Of a stretch of 64,000 nucleotides of DNA, positions 56,493 through 64,000 are shown one piece after another (position 1 is the stretch's first letter; the number at the start of each line of letters is the position of its first letter). The notes under the pieces were generated by a model that worked only from the letters and a program-made list of their open reading frames with translations, was not told where the DNA came from and ran no database searches. Location: positions 496,001-560,000 of the forward strand of contig CBFFSA010000009.1 of assembly GCA_965644495.1 (NCBI GenBank), read 5' to 3'. Source of the DNA: Perkinsela sp. CCAP 1560/9 (Eukaryota; Protista; Euglenozoa: Kinetoplastea). The position numbers and the translations under genes were made by a program.

Positions 56493-58169
56493 GGGTAACC
56501 GGCACGATAAATGTAGGTTAAAAATTTATTTTTTTCTCATGATTTTTTTTGTCAAAAAAAACCTTTTGTTGACTTTATAAAACTTTTCTGTTTACACTTA
56601 AGACATTTCAACTTATTTTTCAATGCTTGGAGTACCCAATGGACTGTCCGGGATGTACTACGTTGGCCTGCTTGGTATTGGTGACCTCGATAATGCAGAT
56701 AATTGAGGAGAACTTATTCCGCTGGCTGCGAAGTCATTGTTTTGGGGAAAATACTCCGTGTATTAGGTGTGGAGAGCGGCCTCGCAAAAGACAATGCTTC
56801 AAGAAGCTTTCGGACGGGACAGATTGTCGTAAGAAAATCCCCGAATTTGGACCGTTGTTTCCTGAGAAATGTCGAATAGTGACTAAATTTCGTGTTTAGC
56901 TATTACTGGCACAGGGTAACCTGACTGAAAGCGTTGCGATTCAGACTCTTCGATGTGAACGGCAAGTGCGTGCCGATCTTCAAGGAATTGAAAAGGTGTT
57001 GAGTTTGCTACCTTCACCTACAACAACGATGAAATATCTCATGGTGGATGAGACTTACATCGGTAAGCGGTTGCATAACCGCGGAGAACGTACCAGAAAG
57101 GAAAGATTTTGGTTAATGACAGCCACAGATGTTAATCCAAGTACCGGGAAGTCGATGCAGATCTACTGGGAAGCTACAACAACACGTACGAAAGTTAATT
57201 TGCACGCCTTCGTTCAAAAAGTGATCGAAGGAACAAATTCTACCGTAATTACAGATGACGGCGATCATACCGTGGTATTGGTGCCTTCTGCCGGCATTTC
57301 ACTATTTGTCATGCTGATGAGTTCGTCCACTCTCCTGGCATGAGTGTGCATACGAACAATGCAGAATCGTCTCACTCAGCCGTTAAGGGTTATTGTAGGC
57401 GATTTTTTCACAAGCGGGGAACAACCATGGAGCAATGCGAATCGCGGGCAAGATTTATTAGTGAAGTTTCCTTTAAAATCCCTTTACGAAACCGTTTCCA
57501 AAAATTAATGAAAACCTTGATTCGTAATTCAAGTACTGTGCCCCCCCCCCCCATTTATAATAGCCGCGCTTTTGCCCAAACGAACCTATAAAGGGGGGGG
57601 GGGCGATTGAAGATTAAGAGTTGGCACAGAAATTGCCCAACATTTGGGAGCGAGGAACCAGGAACTATGCCAGGAAAAAATAGACTAGTGCGAGTGAGTC
57701 TGTTGACGAATCAGAGATACCTACGACAAGATTGGGTAAGGCCGTTGCTGAACACATTCGCTTGATTCGTAGGTATGGGGTAGTCGAAGATGGTGACCAC
57801 AAGTATCAGGTTTAAGGTGAAACTGATCGTTATTACACTGTGCACATTGGTCTACAAGGCTGCCAGTGTACTTGTCCAGACGGTCGCCGAGGTAATCGGT
57901 GTAAGCACCAATATTTTGTGCTAATGCGGGAGCTACAGTGGATGAAACTCACCCAGTACTGGAAAAGTGTCAATTTTCTCCAGGTGACTTGGTAAAGTTA
58001 GGATAATTAGGATTTATGTGTATGTACGAATAGAGAGGAAAGAGTCAGAATAAGTCTGTAAAGCTATAAATATGTCTTCAAATGTCTTAAAAACGTTTTC
58101 CAGATTTTTGTTGGGCCAATTTTGTTTTTCTTTTCTGTTTTCAACCTACATTTATCGTGCCGGTGAACC
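56493..58169 (+). mobile_element. Merlin (IS1595-like) DNA transposon with ~29-bp TIRs and 8-bp TSD; transposase frameshifted
   Basis: TIR GG(GTA/TTC)ACCGGCACGATAAATGTAGGTT; ATAGTTTT at 56485-56492 and 58170-58177; VDETYIGKR, ITDD, VHTNNAES. Confidence 0.92.
57780..57935 (+). pseudogene. SWIM zinc-finger relic inside Merlin
   Basis: YTVHIG..GCQCTCPDGRRGNRCKHQYFVL (CxCx8CxH). Confidence 0.7.
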
Positions 58170-58181
58170 ATAGTTTTTATG

Positions 58182-58540
58182 CAGTGGTGATCAGCATCTT
58201 TTACCCCTCCCCCTTACAGGTCTTGTATTTTGTCCGATTTTGGAAATATTTGGTATACCACCGTTTTTCGACCCAATCCTTCCGAATCCGAGGCCCTTTT
58301 CACTCGAGCGACCCCCTACCCCCCCTATCCAGGTAGGGGTCAAAAAAGCTAATTACAACAAAAATCGACTTTTTTGCGGTTTTTCCCCAGTTTACGTATG
58401 ATACAGGTGCCCACGAGTGAAAAGGACCTCGGATTCGGAACGATTGGGTCGAAAAACAGTCCCATCCAAAATATTTCCAAAATCGAACAAAATGCAAGAC
58501 CTGTAGGTGGGGGGGGGGTAAAAGAGGCTGAACACTACTG
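58182..58540. mobile_element. MITE with ~125-bp TIRs (CAGTGGTG termini)
   Basis: Inverted arms 58182-58306 and 58414-58540, followed by TA. Confidence 0.8.
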
Positions 58541-58547
58541 TAAGTAT

Positions 58548-59330
58548 ATTGCGGTGGTTGTAAAACTACCGCTCTACACTCGATTATTGAAAAAAAAGTG
58601 AACAAAAACAGTGAAAATATAAAGAGGAACACAGTAATATAATAGAAGAAAAAAATATAAAAGGGGGCTCCGGTGGTCCAAAACTGAAAAAAAAAATTGA
58701 AAAAAATGGGGGGTCCATGGGGGGGGGTCCAGGGGGGGGGGTCCAGGGGGGGGGCATGGTCGAGCAAATTTTTTCGAAAAAATTAGTTTTCGAAAGAAAA
58801 ACGCAGAAAGGGTAGCCGGGGTCTTGGCGCGCATTTTCCACCCCCCTACCCGGGGGTGACCCCTCCGCGTATCCGCAGGACGGGTCCGCCAAGCTCGGAT
58901 TTTTTTTTGAAAAAAATTTCAACTTGGCGAAAAAAATGGCAAAAAAAATATTTTTCCAAAATCGTTTCCCCTATTGTATTTTGATAGTTTGGGACCTACA
59001 CTAGCTTTCTCCGCAGTTGTTTTCGCAAGGTATCACTTCTTCTAACGGTGGTGCGCACCTCAAAATGACCCATTTTTGACTAAAAAAGATGAAAAAGGAT
59101 TTTTCGGACCTAAAGGGGCATTTTTGTGTCGAAAGAATGGTATGGTTGGAGTCGCATTCTCTACCCAATACGTTCGGTAGGCTTCCATTCATGCCTACGA
59201 GTGATTTCCCACGCGCAAATGTCGGATTTAGTGCTCTGAGAGCAAAAATACCTGAAAATCACCCCATTTTTACCCGAAATTCGGCTATTTTTGCCTATAA
59301 TCTTTCCGTTTTCCAGGCTAAATTTTCTTT
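58548..59330. repeat. composite dispersed repeats including a G4-prone tract (58708-58755)
   Basis: Matches 38924-39110, 23160-23290 and 62836-63050. Confidence 0.7.
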
Positions 59331-59333
59331 TTA

Positions 59334-59428
59334 GGCTCTTCGTTAAACGCGGCGGTAGTTTTCAACTCGAAGCGCGCAGATTGAGTGACTTCTAAGTTGA
59401 AAACAACCACCGCGTTTAAAGAAGAGCC
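59334..59428. mobile_element. 95-bp palindromic MITE (copy 2)
   Basis: Homologous to 39392-39486. Confidence 0.85.
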
Positions 59429-59735
59429 TAAAAAGAATTTCATTGCTTTTAAGTCACGTTGAACAGTGCGTTTTGTGACATGTACCCCCTTTTTACTCAT
59501 TATCACTCCTTCGTTAACACGCTTGTTACCGGTCCCAAGCCCGGCACCGCCATATTCGGCGGAGTTTGAGGGTGAAGTTTTCAATATATCTATAGCACGA
59601 TTATAAACTAAATATAATTGAACTACTTGTTTCTAGTATCCAGTAGAACTACTACATTTAGCTCCATTTACCTAAACAATCTTACACGCCTGAAAATCTC
59701 ACGCATCAATTCGCTTGGTCCCGTCCTGGCAGTAC

Positions 59736-60100
59736 TTCATCCTCTATAACGAGGCCCATGGGCTCCGCACCCTTCGGGGTACCACCGCCCCAGCATTCGT
59801 GCTGGGAGGCCCATGGGCTCCGTGTTCTTCTTCGGGACACACTTGCCGTTGCATTATATATTCATCCTCTGTAACGAGGGTCATGGGCTCCGTACCCTTC
59901 GGGGTACCACCGCCCCAGCATTCGTGCTGGGAGGCCCATGGGCTCCGTGTCCTTCGGGACACACTTGCCGTTGCATTTATATATTCATCCTCTGTAACGA
60001 GGGTCATGGGCTCCGTACCCTTCGGGGTACCACCGCCCCAGCATTCGTGCTGGGAGGCCCATGGGCTCCGTGTCCTTCGGGACACACTTGCCGTTGCATT
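59736..60100. repeat. tandem array of three ~123-bp units, each with multiple TTCG-capped hairpins
   Basis: Units start at 59736, 59861 and 59984; hairpins GTACCC-TTCG-GGGTAC, CCCAGCA-TTCG-TGCTGGG, GTGTCC-TTCG-GGACAC. Confidence 0.95.
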
Positions 60101-60256
60101 TGCGCTATACACCCTCCTCTCCGGCATGTTTTTTTGACAATAAAGTGAAAACAGAATAAAAACAGAAGGGAGAGGGTGGGAAGTTGTGACGTGCCATGGC
60201 ATGCCTGGCACCTAGGGCTTGGTCCCGGTAACATGGTGCTTACGAAGGAGTGATAA

Positions 60257-60347
60257 TATCATGTTCAGGGGAACAGCAACTCCCCATTATCTCGGCGTAG
60301 TAAACACGCCTTGGCTTGCCTGGCACTACGATTGCCGAAAAAAAAAA
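60257..60347 (+). repeat. ~90-bp A-tailed structured element, identical to the inverted copy at 61875-61964
   Basis: Exact reverse-complement match by eye. Confidence 0.9.
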
Positions 60348-60409
60348 CCTTAGTTCCTTAATCCTCACTTGAGGCATGGTAACGGGAGTCCTCCCCCCTA
60401 AGAAGATTT

Positions 60410-61440
60410 GAAGTTGAAAAATATGGAGTGTTCGGGGGAGAGAAAACAAGGGGGGGGACTATTGTTGGTGCGTTATAGATCCCCTCATATGCAAGTATCG
60501 AAGCACACCGGACGTCTCGGGTTGACGTTCGAAATACGAATATGAAGTTGAAAAATATAGAGTGTTTGGGGGAGAGAAAACAAGGAGGGGGAGTATTGTT
60601 GGTGCACTATACCCCCATACGGAAGTATCGAGGCACACACCGGACGTCTCGGGTTGACGCTCGGAATACGGCTTTTCAGGATATCTCGCCTAGTAGGAAT
60701 ATTGAATCAGAAATTCAGACCGACGATAGTGAACGCGTTAGTGCTTATTCGGTGGAGAGAAAAAAAGAAAACTAGAAAAACAAAGCAAACGGTTGCTTTG
60801 CTTGATGCATTTATACCCGATTTCTTTGTTAACGAAGATTCATCATAAATACTGAAGGAACAACTTGGATTCTTTACATCAACACACCTAAAACATGGTT
60901 TACCATGGGGTATCAAATGTTGCACGGCATTGAAAAGTACCCAAAAATTTATTGAATGGATAAATTGTCCCCCTTTTTACGGGAAAACAAGGAAACTATC
61001 CTCCGGGGTTTGGTTACAACATTTATTAGAACTCGTGGAATGCGGGGTGCTACGTGTGGCACACGACTCTCGATCATGACCACGCTTATATTTACGTTAC
61101 TTTGAGGCATCAAAAGGGGAGGAATTGTCAAGAAGTATTGCGGATGGAACACCACTAAATGAGATGTGCAATCGCCCTCCTTGCTTGAATTTTCCAGCTA
61201 TCGCTGAAATTATCCATGTATAGAATAGAGAATTCCCCCAACGTAAACTTTTTATCCGCTGATATGCGACACTGGTTTCACCAGAGTGAAATACCATCAG
61301 AATCGGGGCGTACATCAGTTAGGAGATCGATGTGTAATGAGATCACGGAAATGGATGAACAGATAGAGAAACGTGAACATTCTTTTCGAATTTTCCATAT
61401 TAAATCTAAAGAAAACCCAGCGGACGGGTTGACTTGAGAA
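60410..61440 (+). pseudogene. heavily decayed DIRS/VIPER-type RT-RNase H, with a 134-bp tandem duplication at 60410-60670
   Basis: HIKSKENPADGLT (DIRS RNase H end); remnants resembling D(A)xxxF, LPMG and DAS motifs. Confidence 0.5.
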
Positions 61441-61874
61441 GAGCATAATTATGACATAAAAGAAGCACTCCTGAACTCAGCTCTAAGAGCTGGCGATGTA
61501 CATGTAGACCCTATGTAAGAATTATAGAAAGCGTAACTGGATGAAACAAACACACGAATCTAGAGTAATTAGTAAAATTTATGAGTGGATAGCATGAGGA
61601 ATGGCAAAGAAAGTAAATCCACTCCAAAAGAAAAAACGTTAACCAAAGGTTTACGCCAACCCTTTGTTCTATTGCACTCAAAGTTTTCTACTCCATTATG
61701 CAGTAAAATCTCCTTCGTATTTCTTCTTCCGAAAATTTTCTACAAATGCACCCTGGTCTCACACCCCAGCCTTCTCGACGCATGAGTAAAACCATGCTGC
61801 CGGGGAGATCACTCGGTTGTGGGAGCGGGCCCCTTAAGTGGGAAGCGACTGGGCTGCGAAATGAACCGAAAATA

Positions 61875-61964
61875 TTTTTTTTTCGGCAATCGTAGTGCCA
61901 GGCAAGCCAAGGCGTGTTTACTACGCCGAGATAATGGGGAGTTGCTGTTCCCCTGAACATGATA
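61875..61964 (-). repeat. inverted copy of 60257-60347
   Basis: Exact reverse-complement match by eye. Confidence 0.9.
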
Positions 61965-63093
61965 CCATGGACAGGGCATAGCAACTCCCTCAATCTCCCC
62001 GCAATGCATCTAGCGCTGCTTTCGGCACTCCAGCAAGGTCTTTTGGTGAAATAATGGTTACTATTTTTTTTCTGCGACGTAAAATATTTTTTTTCGGTGT
62101 AAATATTTTGGTTTTATTGGTTTCTTATGCTTTCAGATATTGCCTCACATATTTTACAGAAATATTAAATTATCGTGCAAGTTGCTTCTTTGGGACACCG
62201 TCCTCGAACCTCAGGCGCAATAATGTCTTACCTATAGGGGTCATCCCCCCTTTGGGGGACGGTACTTGGATTTTACCATGAAAGTTTAGAAAAAAAATAT
62301 TTCTGAAACTGATTTTTTTACAAGTTTTAAATGAAGCTAAAAACCCCGGGAACGTGCAGATCTCAAAATTGTGGACGACAAAGTGGTGCTGCAACCCCCA
62401 TGGGTCCCCGCACGCAAAAAATAAAGGGGGGTGCTTTATTCGTGTCGAGGGGTTTATAGGGGTGGGGTCATACCTTTCGAATGGGACAAAAGAACTACAA
62501 GTGTAGCGCCCAAGGAACAGAGCGCGCAAGTTATCAGGCACACATAAAAATGTATCTGTAGGATCAGTGAACGGAAAGGAAATTAATAAAGGAAGATAAT
62601 TGAAAAAAAGGTATAGTAGAGCCTTAGAAAGCAAAATGGAGAATTAAGGGACGGTTAATTACGGGACACTTTGTCCTGATGGGGGTGTCCCTTAATTAAC
62701 CCGTCCCGTAATAAAGCCACGCACTGTAAAAAGAACAATATTAGATATTGTTGTACACAAGAATCAGTCCTGTTTTTTGTGTTTTGGAGATCAAGATCGT
62801 ATCAGAAGACCGTCGTACACATAGAATCATCATTTTTCGGACCCAAAGAGGCCTTTTTGTGTCGAAAGAATGGTGTGCTTGGAGTCGTATTCTTTACCCA
62901 ATATGTTAGGTAGGCTTTGCTTCACCCCTACTAGTGATTTCCCACATCCAAATGTCGGATTTAGTGCTCTGAGAGCAAAAAAACCCGAAAATGTCCCTAT
63001 TTTTACCTGAAAATCGGCTATTTTTGGCTACAATCTTTCCGTTTTCTTCAGCTTTCCCGGCCAATCTTTCCGTTTTCTTCAGCTTTCCTTTTA

Positions 63094-63188
63094 GGCTCTT
63101 CGCTAAACACGGTGGCAGTTTTCAACGCGAAGCGCGCGGCATGAATGACTTCTAAGTTGAAAACAACTACCGCGTTTAACGAAGAGAC
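63094..63188. mobile_element. 95-bp palindromic MITE (copy 3)
   Basis: Homologous to 39392-39486. Confidence 0.85.
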
Positions 63189-63712
63189 TAAAAAACTTAT
63201 TACTAATAAGACTGGACAAATTTAGCTCGACTTTCTGTATTACAATCCGAGCGTCAAGGCATTGAAAAATTTCAACGAAACAGTACGATTCCAGTGCAAA
63301 TCATTGACAAAAAAAATAAAGGTAGATAATGGTAGGGAAAAATAAATATACTTACTTTAAAGTACCTATAATATAGTTTTATAGTTATTCGGACCCCTGC
63401 TAATTTTTTTAAGATACTTTTCGACTGCATTTCATCAAAATTTCATTTTACTAAAAGTAACTGGAACGTGTACATCTCAAAATTCTGAAAATGATAAGAG
63501 GGTGTATAAAATTGCTAAACTCCTGAATATCTAGGAGTGATCTTTTTCGGGGCACTGCATTTTTAATTTGAGCCGCACCCGACCGCACCCGGACGCGCCC
63601 GACCGCACCGAACCCGATTCACCCCTCTAATAGAAGATGTAGTACTGTACGAAAATCCATGTTTCGCCTGATGTGCGTCTCCGAACGCACCCCATACTTA
63701 ATCAAAAAAACC

Positions 63713-64000
63713 CTACATCCACATCACATTACGCCTCAAAATACCATTGCATGTTTTGATCTCAGTATCAGTGAAATCGTAAGTTCTATGAGAATTCATG
63801 CCAAAGTTGCTGGGCAAAACATAGGAACCTCTAAGCTTTGAATTTCCGCTGAGGTATAAATCTTTTAAAGAATTTGGCAGCGAATCAAAATCGACCCATC
63901 CCTCGAATTGATTATTGGACAACGAAACGGATTTCAGCAAAGGCAAACTCTTAAAGCACGGATTCCCACTGAACCGGTTATTCTGTAAAGATAGACATAC
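63713..64000 (-). CDS. 3' part of an LRR protein running off the window
   Basis: LPLLKSVSLSNNQFEGWVDFDSLPNSLKDLYLSGN. Confidence 0.85.
   Translation of the reverse strand, partial: VCLSLQNNRFSGNPCFKSLPLLKSVSLSNNQFEGWVDFDSLPNSLKDLYLSGNSKLRGSYVLPSNFGMNSHRTYDFTDTEIKTCNGILRRNVMWM

Noticed and set aside
59736-60100. CRISPR array
   Set aside because: Units are near-identical with no unique spacers; no cas genes; eukaryotic context.
61884-61915. Resemblance of CGTAGTGCCAGG..AAGCCAAG to the ingi/L1Tc 77-nt HDV-like ribozyme signature
   Set aside because: Only short word matches; P1/P3 pairing could not be built.

Overview
Eukaryotic nuclear DNA of a kinetoplastid. The evidence is a trypanosomatid-type class I aldolase, intronless host genes all on the minus strand as in a polycistronic unit, and two copies of spliced-leader (SL) exon-like sequence. 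The expanded 'LPxxL' LRR family suggests a Perkinsela/prokinetoplastid-like lineage, but that is inference. Housekeeping genes: NADH-cytochrome b5 reductase, RPB10, Nup53-like RRM, aldolase, TLC protein, mitochondrial bL12, NSA2, ISCA2, Canopy-like and a POLD3-like PIP-box protein. They alternate with nine LRR paralogues (two disrupted) and dense transposon debris: DD32E Tc1-like elements, Merlin, many MITEs, and RLE, RT and DIRS/VIPER-type relics. Most notable: (1) two copies of a degenerate tyrosine-recombinase-like element, each ending exactly in the 3' half of the SL exon plus conserved hairpins, possibly an SL-targeting element that rebuilds its target; (2) a 3x123-bp array packed with UUCG-capped hairpins showing covariation; (3) an intact RT-less restriction-like endonuclease gene; (4) sharp C-rich to G-rich skew switches inside many housekeeping genes; (5) an LRR family with a shared unusual N-terminal motif and NLS-like KRRK. 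All protein calls are from motif recognition, not database searches.
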